Shown here: one piece after another, positions 37,187 through 45,193 of the stretch | Numbering within the stretch: position 1 is the first letter of the stretch | Layout of the letters: every line of letters starts with the position of its first letter | Assembly (NCBI GenBank): GCA_020851565.1 | Contig: JADZCN010000020.1 | Span: 2,187-66,186, forward strand | DNA from: Acidobacteriota bacterium | Lineage (GTDB): Bacteria > Acidobacteriota > Vicinamibacteria > Vicinamibacterales > UBA2999 | Direction: 5' to 3' | Length of the DNA: 64,000 bases | Notes under the pieces: generated by a model | Told to the model about the DNA's origin: nothing | Databases searched by the model: none | Seen by the model: only the letters and a program-made list of their open reading frames with translations | Program-made: the position numbers and the translations under genes

Positions 37187-38533
37187 TCACTTCCCCAGAA
37201 TCTCCATCAGGTAATCCGTCGCCACCTTCGACTTCATCAGCGACAGCTTCTGGACCAGGTCCTTCCGCATCTCGATGTCGGTTTCCTTTCGCGCGATGGC
37301 GACGAGCGATTCGGCGTTGCCCTGGACGAAGAGCGCCTGCACCACGGTGCGCTTGATCTCCGGATCCTTCTCCTTCTGGTAGAGAGCCACCAGCGCCTCT
37401 CCCGTGCGGGACACGCCCATCGTCCCGAGGTGCCGGACCGCGGCGCGGCGCAGCTCCGCGTTCGGCTCGCTGTTGGCGAGCTCGATGAGGCGGGTGGCGT
37501 CGCCGCCGACGAAGAGCGCCTGCAGGATCTGGCGCTTCACTTCCACGGTGGCTTCCTTCTGATAGAGCTGCCGGAGCTCCTCGCGGGCGCCCATCACGCC
37601 GAGTTGCCGCACGGCCTCCTGGCGCAGCTCCGGCGCCTTCTCGCCGGTGGCGGCGGCGAGCACGCGCTCGCGGTCGCCCGAGATCATGTAGGCGCGGAGG
37701 ATCTGGCGCTTGACGTCCACATCCGCCGTGGCCTGGTAGATCTCGCTCAGCACCTGCCGGCTCTCGCGGCCGCTCATGCCGATGTACTGGATGGCCTTGC
37801 GCTGCAGATCCGGGTTCGCGTTCCCGCGCGCGATGTCGGTGATCACCTTGCGCGCCTCGGGGGACGAGCTCTGGGCGAGCACGAACAACGCGCGCTCCTT
37901 GAGCCGCGGCGACTGGTTCCCCTGCAGGAACTTCTGCAGCATGGGCACGGCCTGCGCGGGGTCGGAGTTCTGCAGGCCCTGGATGGCCAGCAGCTTCAGC
38001 TCCTCGTCGGCCTGCGCCTCGGGCCGCACGGGCTGCCCGGCGCCCTGGCGGAGCTCGATCTCGAGCGCGCGGGCGTCGCCCAGCCAGCGGCTCGAGGGGA
38101 AGCCCTTCGTCAGCTCGCTCAACGTGGCCAGCGCGTCGGCGTGCTGGGCGAGCTTGCCCTGCGCGTAGGCCAGCCAGTACATCGCGGCGTCCACGCGCGA
38201 CTGCTTCGCGTCCACGACCTGGCGGAAGCGCTCCGCCGCGCGCGCCCACTGGGCGCTCTCGAGGGCTTCCTGCCCGGCCTCGTACTGCCGCTCGGCGCGC
38301 TGACGCCGTCCTTCGTCCTGCTGGCGTGCGGCCTCCGCGCGCTCCTGTGCGGCCTCCGCCCTCTCGCGCTCGCGGGCGCGGGCGGCTTCGCTCAAGGCCC
38401 GGGCCTCGGCCCGCGCCTCGGCTTTCGCTTCGGCCTGCGACTGCTCACCGGGGTCTGCGCCCAGCGCGACAGCCGGGGCCGCGGCGACACACAGTATCGC
38501 GATTGCCGCAAGGGACTTCCTCGATACGCTCAT
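37187..38533 (-). CDS. exported coiled-coil / TPR-like / HEAT-repeat protein
   Basis: GAGGTGG RBS. Signal MSVSRKSLAAIAILCVAAAPAVALG. Charged AEAKAEARAEARA...RERERAEAAQERAEAARQ stretch, then repeated HEAT-like units (VKRQILQALFVGGD..., IKRTVVQALFVQGN...). Confidence 0.75.
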   Translation of the reverse strand: MSVSRKSLAAIAILCVAAAPAVALGADPGEQSQAEAKAEARAEARALSEAARARERERAEAAQERAEAARQQDEGRRQRAERQYEAGQEALESAQWARAAERFRQVVDAKQSRVDAAMYWLAYAQGKLAQHADALATLSELTKGFPSSRWLGDARALEIELRQGAGQPVRPEAQADEELKLLAIQGLQNSDPAQAVPMLQKFLQGNQSPRLKERALFVLAQSSSPEARKVITDIARGNANPDLQRKAIQYIGMSGRESRQVLSEIYQATADVDVKRQILRAYMISGDRERVLAAATGEKAPELRQEAVRQLGVMGAREELRQLYQKEATVEVKRQILQALFVGGDATRLIELANSEPNAELRRAAVRHLGTMGVSRTGEALVALYQKEKDPEIKRTVVQALFVQGNAESLVAIARKETDIEMRKDLVQKLSLMKSKVATDYLMEILGK

Positions 38534-38557
38534 CGATCCACCTCTGATTCCGTCAGT

Positions 38558-38675
38558 GTCGCCGGGGCTGAAGCCCCGGCGCTCCGTACTCGCCGCCGGT
38601 ACTCGTGCCCATGTGCGCGGCGCTCCGTACTTGCGTACCCGGCGCTCCGTACTCGCCGCCCCGGCGCTCCGTACT
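38558..38675. repeat. REP-like element plus three extra GGCGCTCCGTACT copies
   Basis: Full 32-nt element at 38558-38589. The 13-mer GGCGCTCCGTACT recurs at 38619, 38641 and 38663. Confidence 0.9.
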
Positions 38676-38690
38676 GCTCTGCGGCGGTCC

Positions 38691-39500
38691 TCACGACTCC
38701 GGCGCGCGGAGGGCCCGGGGGGCCCGCTCGCGCTCGCGCACTTCCGCACCCACGACGCGCATGCGGAACAGGATGCCCCGCTGCTCGATGCGCGCCTTCA
38801 ACAGCTGCAACTCTTCAGACGAGGCGTCCCCGGATCCGTTGGCAATCTCGATGAGCACGCGCTCGAGGTCGTCCAGCACGTCGGCCAGCGCCGACTCGCC
38901 GGCCTGTTCGGCCGACTGGCGGATCAGGCGGTTTGCCGCAACCAGGTCCGCCGCGCGCTCGCGCTCCGCGGACAGGCTCCCCGGATCGGCGTCGTCTGCA
39001 TTGAGGAGCTCCACGATCACCATCTGCGATCGGTCGAGGTGATCCCCCATCGCAACCAGCAGCACGCCCTCGGGCCGCGCGTCGCCGGCGGTCCCGGCCG
39101 GCGCCGTCGCCACGGATTCCGGCGGCGGCGCCACCCCTGGCGCGCCGGACCAGCGCCCGGCCACGAACGCCGCGATCACGAGCGCCGCGAGGCCGCCCGC
39201 CAGCGCCAGCCCGCGGAGGCCCAACCACGAGGCCCATCCGCCCTGGCGCGAGCGCCGGCTCTCGATGAGAGGCTGCACGCGCGCCCACATCACGCGCTCG
39301 AAGCCGTCCGGCGCCTGCGGATCCGCGTCCGCGGTGACCAGCCCGAGGACATGCCGCAGACGGTCCAGCGCCTCGCGGCACTCCGCGCACTGCGCCAGGT
39401 GCGCCCCGGCCTCGCGCTGCTGCTCGTCGGTGTCCTCGCCGTAGTGATGGAGGACCAGCTGGTCGTCGGTCAGGTGCGGCATACGATCGTCTCTGGTCAT
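38691..39500 (-). CDS. anti-sigma factor (zf-HC2, single-pass membrane)
   Basis: ATGA overlap with the sigma gene stop. HLAQCAECREAL zinc-finger motif. TM LALAGGLAALVIAAFVAG. Helical periplasmic C-domain. Confidence 0.75.
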   Translation of the reverse strand: MTRDDRMPHLTDDQLVLHHYGEDTDEQQREAGAHLAQCAECREALDRLRHVLGLVTADADPQAPDGFERVMWARVQPLIESRRSRQGGWASWLGLRGLALAGGLAALVIAAFVAGRWSGAPGVAPPPESVATAPAGTAGDARPEGVLLVAMGDHLDRSQMVIVELLNADDADPGSLSAERERAADLVAANRLIRQSAEQAGESALADVLDDLERVLIEIANGSGDASSEELQLLKARIEQRGILFRMRVVGAEVRERERAPRALRAPES

Positions 39501-40084
39501 GAACACCCCGCGCCCTTCCCGGTGGCAAAGGGCTCGAGGGCGGCCCGCATCTTCCGCACCGCGCGGAAGATGCTGTGCTTCGTCGCACTGGCCTTGAGGC
39601 CCAGCGCCGCGCCCACCTCCTCGATGGACATTCCCTCCAGGTGGCGCAGGGTGAAGGCCGCGCGTTCGAGCCCGGTGAGCCGTGCCATCGCCTCGACCAC
39701 GCGGGCCTGGATCTGCCCGCCCTGGGCCAGCCGCTCGGGCGTAGGCTGCGAGTCCGCCCCGATCTCGCCCAGCGCGCCCTGCTCGAGGTCCGCCGGGTCG
39801 TGCGCGTCCTCCCGGTGGCGGCGGGCCCGGATGAAATCGATGGCGCAGTTCACGGTGATCCGGTGCAGCCACGTGCGCACGTCGGCGCGCTCCTCGAACC
39901 GGGCCAGCTGCCGGTGGGCCTTCAGCCACGCCTCCTGGACGACGTCCTCGGCGTCGGCGGCGGAGCCGGTCAGGCGCGCGGCGACGCCGAAGAGGTAGCG
40001 GCTGTGCCGCTCCACGAGCCAGCGGAACGCCTCGCCGTCGCCGTCCCGGGCCCGGGAGACGGCCGTCCGGTCACTGTCGTTCAT
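39497..40084 (-). CDS. ECF-type RNA polymerase sigma-70 factor
   Basis: Start MNDSDRTAVSRARDGDGEAFRWLVERH. Region 2 (DVVQEAWLKAH) and region 4 (MSIEEVGAALGLKASATKHSIFRAVRKMR). Confidence 0.9.
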   Translation of the reverse strand: MNDSDRTAVSRARDGDGEAFRWLVERHSRYLFGVAARLTGSAADAEDVVQEAWLKAHRQLARFEERADVRTWLHRITVNCAIDFIRARRHREDAHDPADLEQGALGEIGADSQPTPERLAQGGQIQARVVEAMARLTGLERAAFTLRHLEGMSIEEVGAALGLKASATKHSIFRAVRKMRAALEPFATGKGAGCS

Positions 40085-40128
40085 CCCTGAAGCTTGGACG
40101 AGGTTCGGGGGATTTGGTTGGCGGGACT

Positions 40129-40224
40129 GGGGCGTGGGGTCTTGGGGCTTGGGGTCTTGGGGTCTTGGGGTCTTGGGGTCTTGGGGTCTTGAGGTCTTGA
40201 GGTCTTGAGGTCTTGAGGTCTTGG
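40129..40224. repeat. GGGGTCTT / GAGGTCTT 8-mer tandem array (~11 units)
   Basis: ggggtctt ggggctt ggggtctt x5 gaggtctt x4. G-rich on the plus strand, upstream of the ECF sigma gene. Confidence 0.9.
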
Positions 40225-40322
40225 AGGCCTGGGTCCTAGTCCACCCGGACCGGACGGAGAAGGCATCGGTCCGGCCGGGTGTCCTGCGGGGGCACGGCGG
40301 TTCCTGGTCAAAAGCGAACGAT

Positions 40323-40427
40323 ATGGCAACGGTGACCGCGTTCGAGGCCAAGACCCGGTTCGGCGAGCTGCTGGACCGCGTCTCGAAGGGCGAGGAGGTC
40401 GTGATGACCCGTCACGACAAGCCCGCG
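40323..40427 (+). pseudogene. Phd/YefM-family antitoxin N-terminal remnant
   Basis: MATVTAFEAKTRFGELLDRVSKGEEVVMTRHDKPA matches the conserved antitoxin N-terminus. After that the frame reads through the repeat array and into the next gene. No toxin gene downstream. Confidence 0.5.
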
Positions 40428-40483
40428 AGGGGAAGTGCGGGCGAGCGCGCGTCCATCCACACCATTCATCCCAACGCCCTCGA

Positions 40484-40546
40484 GACCCCAGGACCCCAAG
40501 ACCCCAAGACCTCAAGACCCCAGGCCCCCAGGACCCCAGGACCTCA
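40484..40546. repeat. CCCAAGAC / CCCAGGAC array (reverse complement family of 40129-40224)
   Basis: gaccccaggaccccaagaccccaagacctcaagaccccaggcccccaggaccccaggacctcag. Confidence 0.9.
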
Positions 40547-40567
40547 GTCCCGCACTATGATCACGCA

Positions 40568-41080
40568 ATGGATCCCCGCTACCCCACCGGCAAGTTCACC
40601 TACGACCCCGACGTCACCCCCGAGAAGCGCGCGCAGTGGATTGGCACCATCGGCAGCTTTCCCGCGGAGCTGAAGGCGGCCCTGGCGTCGCTCCCCGCCG
40701 ACAAGCTCGACACGCCTTACCGCGACGGCGGTTGGACCGCCCGCCAGGTGGTACACCACGTGGCCGACAGCCACATCAACGCGTACGTCCGCGTCCGGCT
40801 CGCCCTCACCGAGGACGAACCGACCGTGAGGCCGTACGAGGAGAGCCGCTGGGCGGAGCTGGTGGATGCCCGCACCGAGGACCCGGCGGTGTCAGTGGGG
40901 ATCCTGGAAGGCGTGCACCGCCGGTGGCACGGGCTGCTGCGGTCGCTGGGCCCGGACGATTTCGCCCGCACCGCACGCCATCCACAGCACGGTCGCATCA
41001 CGGTGGACTGGCTGCTCCAGCTGTACGCGTGGCACGGGCGCCATCACATGGGCCATCTCGACATCGTCAGCGGCCGGTAG
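40568..41080 (+). CDS. DinB/YfiT family metal-dependent (bacillithiol-transferase-like) protein
   Basis: RYPTGKFTY, LDTPYRDGGWTARQVVHHVADSHINAY, WHGRHHMGH. Collinear with B. subtilis YfiT as I recall it. Confidence 0.85.
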   Translation: MDPRYPTGKFTYDPDVTPEKRAQWIGTIGSFPAELKAALASLPADKLDTPYRDGGWTARQVVHHVADSHINAYVRVRLALTEDEPTVRPYEESRWAELVDARTEDPAVSVGILEGVHRRWHGLLRSLGPDDFARTARHPQHGRITVDWLLQLYAWHGRHHMGHLDIVSGR

Positions 41081-41117
41081 GCCGAGTCAGGCGGTCCGCC
41101 GGATCCGCGTGGGGCAG

Positions 41118-41191
41118 CCCCCTGCCCCCTGAACCCTGGCCCCTTGCCCCCCTGACCCCTGATCCCTGATCCCTGATCCCTGATCCCTGCC
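41118..41191. repeat. CCCTGAT/CCCTGNC 7-mer array
   Basis: cccctgccccctgaaccctggccccttgcccccctgacccctgatccctgatccctgatccctgatccctgcc between convergent genes. Same family as 37114-37185. Confidence 0.9.
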
Positions 41192-41193
41192 TC

Positions 41194-41943
41194 TCAGTAC
41201 TTGTAGACGAACGACAGCAGCACGGCCACGTCGTTCTTCTGCACATCGGCCGTGGGCGGCTTGTTCTTGAAGGTGTTGAGCAGCTCGGCCTTGATCTGCG
41301 TCGCGGCGGTCACATTGGCGGCCAGCCCCGCGCCGAAGATGTAGAGCCCGTCCTCGAAGTCGTCCATCTTCCAGAGCGCGCTCACGCGCTGGGTGATCTC
41401 GGCCGTGTCGCTCAGCTTGTGCTTGAAGTTCTGCCCGGCGACCACCGCTCCGTCGGTCTTGACATCGAACCCCGGGTTCTTCTCCCACACCATGCCGAGA
41501 CCGCTGTCGACGGCGAACTCCGTCCGATCGTTCTTCACAAGGAAATGGGAGAGGCCGATCGTCGGGGACACCAGGTAGTCGATCTCCTTGAATTCGTCGC
41601 GGAGGTACTGCGTCTGGCCGAAGAACGACGTCCGCTCGGTGAACTCGCGGTCCACCCGCCCTTCCAACCCGAGCCGGTTCGTCGTGAGCGCTCCCTCGGA
41701 CTCGCCGCGGATGAAGAGGCCGATGCTCTTGAAGAGGACCTTCGATCCGGTGTCGCGCTTGACGTCGTACGCGAGGTTGACCGTGTTGGTGTCGCTATTG
41801 CCCTGCGTCAGGGCGAGGCCGGCGCCAAACGAACCGGTCCAGCCCGGAGGCGGGGCGGGCGGGGCCTGCGCGGCGGCCACGGCCGGAACGACGGCGGCGA
41901 GGAGAAGGGCGAGGCAGGAGGAACGGGGATGAAGGTGCATCAT
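41194..41943 (-). CDS. DUF481-like outer-membrane beta-barrel protein
   Basis: Start MMHLHPRSSCLALLLAAVVPAVAAAQ. GSFGAGLALTQGNSDT. C-terminal LLSFVYKY. Confidence 0.75.
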   Translation of the reverse strand: MMHLHPRSSCLALLLAAVVPAVAAAQAPPAPPPGWTGSFGAGLALTQGNSDTNTVNLAYDVKRDTGSKVLFKSIGLFIRGESEGALTTNRLGLEGRVDREFTERTSFFGQTQYLRDEFKEIDYLVSPTIGLSHFLVKNDRTEFAVDSGLGMVWEKNPGFDVKTDGAVVAGQNFKHKLSDTAEITQRVSALWKMDDFEDGLYIFGAGLAANVTAATQIKAELLNTFKNKPPTADVQKNDVAVLLSFVYKY

Positions 41944-41984
41944 GATCCCAGCCATTCTGCCACGACGCCGGCGGGCGCCGGACC

Positions 41985-43514
41985 TCAGGCCGCGGCTTCC
42001 GACATGCGCCACGCCGCCTGGATCACGCCCGCCGCCCAGTCGTAGATGGTGTGCTCCTCCACGCGCGCTCTCAGCGCGCGCATGCGCCGCTCCTGCTCGG
42101 CGTCTGGCATCGACAGCGCCTTGTGCAGGACGCAGGCGAACTCGTCCACCGCGAACGGGTTCACGTCCAGCGCTTCGCGCAAATCGCGCGCGGCCCCCGT
42201 GAACCGCGAGAGCACGAGCACGCCGCGCAGATCCGGCCGCGACGCGATGAACTCCTTCGCCACCAGGTTCATGCCGTCGTGCAGCGACGACACCACGCAC
42301 ACGTCCGCCGCGCGGTAGAGCGCCGCCACGTCCTCGGGGCCATGGTGCTGGCGCGAGTAGATGACCGGCTTCCAGGTGTCGGTGCCGTGCCGCTCGTTGA
42401 TCATCCGCACGGCCACGTCCACATCGTCGCTGATTGATTGATAGCGCTGCAGGTGCTCCCGGCTGGGCGCGCCCACCTGGAGCATCGTCACGCGCCCGCG
42501 CCACGCGGGATGCTGCTCGAGCATCCGCTCGAAGGCCTTGATGCGCTCGGGAATGCCCTTCGTGTAGTCCAGGCGGTCCACACCGAAGATGAGCCGCTCG
42601 TTGCCGAGGCCCAGGCGCTGGCGCGTCCGGCGCACGTCGGCCTCGCGCGTCGTGTTCTTCGGCAGCCGGCCCCACGGCTCCGGATCGATGCTGATCGGAA
42701 ACGGCTTCACATACGTCCGATGGCCGCGCCGGACGACGGCGAAGTGCTCGCGGTCGATGCGCGCCTCGAGGCCGGCGTCCACCGTGTCGAAGAAGTTGTT
42801 GCAGTGGTACTGGATGTGGAAGCCCAGCAGATCGTTCCCCAGCAGGCCATCGAGAATCTCGTCGCCCCAGGGGCAGATGCGGAAGGCCTCGGCGTTGGGC
42901 CACGGGATGTGCCAGAACTGGCAGACAATGGCGTCGGGCCGCACCTGCTTGACCAGCCGCGGCAGCAGCGCGAAGTGGTAGTCCTGCACGAAGACGATGG
43001 CGCGTGAGTCGCCAATCTCGTCGATGACCGTGTTGGCGAAGCGCTCGTTGACGCGCTTGTACTGCGTCCAGTCGCGCTCGTCGAACTCCGGCCGCGCGTA
43101 GGCGATGTGGCAGAGCGGCCAGAGGGCGTTGTTGGACAGGCCGTAGTAGTAGCCTTCCTCCTCCTCCTGCGTGAGCCACACGCGCCGCAGGGTGTAGAGC
43201 GGCTTGTCCGGAGGCACGGCGACGCGCCCCCTCTCGTCCACGACGTCGCGGTCCGCGCTGCCGCTGCCGTGGGCGATCCAGGTGCCGCCACACGCGCGCA
43301 TCACGGGATCGAGCGCGGTGACCAGGCCGCTGGCCGGGCGCTGCCACGCCACGCCGCTGGAGGCTTTCCGACGGTTGCCGAACCACGAGAGCAGCCCGCG
43401 CCGGGGCGGCTGCGGCCGCCGCACGTGGATGTACGGCTCGCGGTTCGCGACCACGATGAGCTTCGTATTGCTGAGGCGGGGCCCCAACACGGCCATCAGT
43501 TCAGCGGCGTTCAT
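41985..43514 (-). CDS. otsA: alpha,alpha-trehalose-phosphate synthase
   Basis: GT20 motifs LIVVANREP, GLSNNALWPLCHI, VQDYHFALLP, LLGFH. 509 aa. Confidence 0.9.
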   Translation of the reverse strand: MNAAELMAVLGPRLSNTKLIVVANREPYIHVRRPQPPRRGLLSWFGNRRKASSGVAWQRPASGLVTALDPVMRACGGTWIAHGSGSADRDVVDERGRVAVPPDKPLYTLRRVWLTQEEEEGYYYGLSNNALWPLCHIAYARPEFDERDWTQYKRVNERFANTVIDEIGDSRAIVFVQDYHFALLPRLVKQVRPDAIVCQFWHIPWPNAEAFRICPWGDEILDGLLGNDLLGFHIQYHCNNFFDTVDAGLEARIDREHFAVVRRGHRTYVKPFPISIDPEPWGRLPKNTTREADVRRTRQRLGLGNERLIFGVDRLDYTKGIPERIKAFERMLEQHPAWRGRVTMLQVGAPSREHLQRYQSISDDVDVAVRMINERHGTDTWKPVIYSRQHHGPEDVAALYRAADVCVVSSLHDGMNLVAKEFIASRPDLRGVLVLSRFTGAARDLREALDVNPFAVDEFACVLHKALSMPDAEQERRMRALRARVEEHTIYDWAAGVIQAAWRMSEAAA

Positions 43515-43555
43515 CGCAATCGTGTCCTCATCGCCATGTCACGCGGCCTGCCACC

Positions 43556-44341
43556 TCAGTAAAGCCGGCGCGCCGTCAGCCACCTCAACAGAGTATCGAC
43601 GTCGGCGATGCCGTCAAGCTCATGTTGAGCCGCCGTGGGCCGGGATCCGACGAGCACGGAGATTCCACGCGTGATCGCCCGGAACGCATCCTCGTCGGTC
43701 ACATCGTCGCCCATGAACAGCACCCAGCCGGGGGCCCCCAGCCGCTCTTCGACGTCGTGGGCAATCCACTCCACGGCGTCGCCCTTGTGGCAGGAGATGT
43801 TGGGCAGGTATTCGATGACGAGCGACCCCTCGAGCCGCCGCAGCTGCCCGCCCGCCACCCACGGCTCGGCGCAGGAGTCGGCCAGCGCGAGCGCGGCCGC
43901 GCGGTGCTCGTAGGCCACGCCGCGAACGTGAATCGCCACCGATGCGGCCTTGTCCTCGATGATGGCAGCGGGGAATGCGTCCACCACGCGCTCGAGCTGT
44001 GCGATCAGGTCGGTGACGTGCGCGCGCGCGCGATCGAGATCCGGGTGCTGCCACCGCCGGCCGCCCTGTTCGATCTCCATGCCGTGCAGCCCCGCGTAGT
44101 AACCGCCCGGCGCCAGCGGCGCCCGGCGCCGCAGGTCGGGCACGCGCCGCCCGCTGACGATGCCAACCTCCGTGAGCGGGTGCGCCGCGATGTCACGCAG
44201 CCATTCCCGGCGCACGGCCGTGAGCATGGGCGCAGCCGGGTTGGGGTGGAACTCCGCAAGGGTGCCATCGAAGTCGGCGAGCACGATGAGCGGCTCGTCC
44301 AGCGGCAGAGCTTCGATGGCTTGCTGGACGTCAGCAAGCAT
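43556..44341 (-). CDS. otsB: trehalose-phosphatase
   Basis: HAD motif I LADFDGTL and motif IV FMGDDVTDE. Directly upstream of otsA. Confidence 0.85.
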   Translation of the reverse strand: MLADVQQAIEALPLDEPLIVLADFDGTLAEFHPNPAAPMLTAVRREWLRDIAAHPLTEVGIVSGRRVPDLRRRAPLAPGGYYAGLHGMEIEQGGRRWQHPDLDRARAHVTDLIAQLERVVDAFPAAIIEDKAASVAIHVRGVAYEHRAAALALADSCAEPWVAGGQLRRLEGSLVIEYLPNISCHKGDAVEWIAHDVEERLGAPGWVLFMGDDVTDEDAFRAITRGISVLVGSRPTAAQHELDGIADVDTLLRWLTARRLY

Positions 44342-44358
44342 CCTCTTAGTGTAGCGGG

Positions 44359-44464
44359 TGGGTTCTCAGGTTCTGGGGTTCTGGGGTTCTGGGGTTCTGG
44401 GGTTCTGGGGTTCTCGGGTTCTCGGGTTCTGGGGGTCTTGGGCCTTGAGGCCTTGAGGTCTTGG
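44359..44464. repeat. GGGGTTCT / GGGTTCTC array merging into GGGTCTTG / GGCCTTGA units (~13 units)
   Basis: gggttctcaggttct ggggttct x5 cgggttct x2 gggggtcttgggccttgaggccttgaggtcttgg, 18 nt upstream of the otsB ATG. Confidence 0.9.
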
Positions 44465-44501
44465 CGTGTTGGGGCGTGGGGCGAGCGGCTCGGGTGCGGC
44501 A

Positions 44502-45128
44502 TCACAAGCGACCCACCACCCGGGCGGCGAGCCAGAGGAGGGCGGCGGCGGTTGCGAGCTCGAAACCGATGCGCACGAGGGGGCGCGCGAAGATGCGGCG
44601 CAGCACGTGAAAGGCCGTGGACCAGGCCGAGTGGCAGGCGAGGGCCATGGAGACGTGTGCGGAGGCGAGCGCCGCGAAATAGAAGCGCGGCGGCGGCTCG
44701 GGCACGAACGTCGGTACTACGGCAACGTAGAAGCTGACGACAGCGGGGTTCAGCAGATTCAGCGTCAGGCCCTCCATGAAGCTCGGGCGATGGGCGATCG
44801 CCCCGGCCGTGCCGCCCATCGCACGCGCCGGCGCCGCGGCGCGGTGAGGCCACGCACGCGCGAGGCTCTTCAGGCCCAGCCATGCCAGGTACGCGGCACC
44901 ACCGAGGCGTATCGCGTCGAGCGCCGCCGGCCATCGGCCGACGAGCACCCAGAGGCCGAGGCCCGCCAGCGTGGCGTGCGTGGAGTTGGCGAGCGCCGCT
45001 CCCAGCGCGGTCGCGAGCCCGGCGCGGTGACCGCCCTGCAGCGTGTTCTTGACGACAACGGCTGTCGTCGATCCCGGTGTGAGGACGAAGATGGCCGTGA
45101 CGGCGAGGTAGGCGAAAAAGAGAGACAT
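44502..45128 (-). CDS. LysE family amino-acid exporter
   Basis: Start MSLFFAYLAVTAIFVLTPGSTTAVV. Six TM. 208 aa. Confidence 0.85.
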   Translation of the reverse strand: MSLFFAYLAVTAIFVLTPGSTTAVVVKNTLQGGHRAGLATALGAALANSTHATLAGLGLWVLVGRWPAALDAIRLGGAAYLAWLGLKSLARAWPHRAAAPARAMGGTAGAIAHRPSFMEGLTLNLLNPAVVSFYVAVVPTFVPEPPPRFYFAALASAHVSMALACHSAWSTAFHVLRRIFARPLVRIGFELATAAALLWLAARVVGRL

Positions 45129-45193
45129 GGGTGCCGGGGGCGCCACGCCTGCGCCAGGGGGCGCCCCGGCGGTTTGAGGGCCGTCCCGAGGGG

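Noticed and set aside
40129-40546. Short-repeat arrays here (also 11288-11375, 44359-44464, 58224-58293 and others) considered as CRISPR arrays
   Set aside because: Units are only 7-16 nt and directly abut each other with no unique spacers. They are degenerate, not exact, and no cas genes or leader are present.
40221-40673. The full 150-aa ORF as a real protein
   Set aside because: Only residues 35-69 look antitoxin-like. The rest translates a repeat array (PGPQDPKTSRPQ) and overlaps the well-supported DinB/YfiT gene.
41194-44341. otsB-otsA-DUF481 together with mscL and the GlsB gene as a dedicated osmotic-stress island
   Set aside because: The genes are ordinary housekeeping stress functions, separated by unrelated genes. 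There is no compositional or boundary signal suggesting an island.
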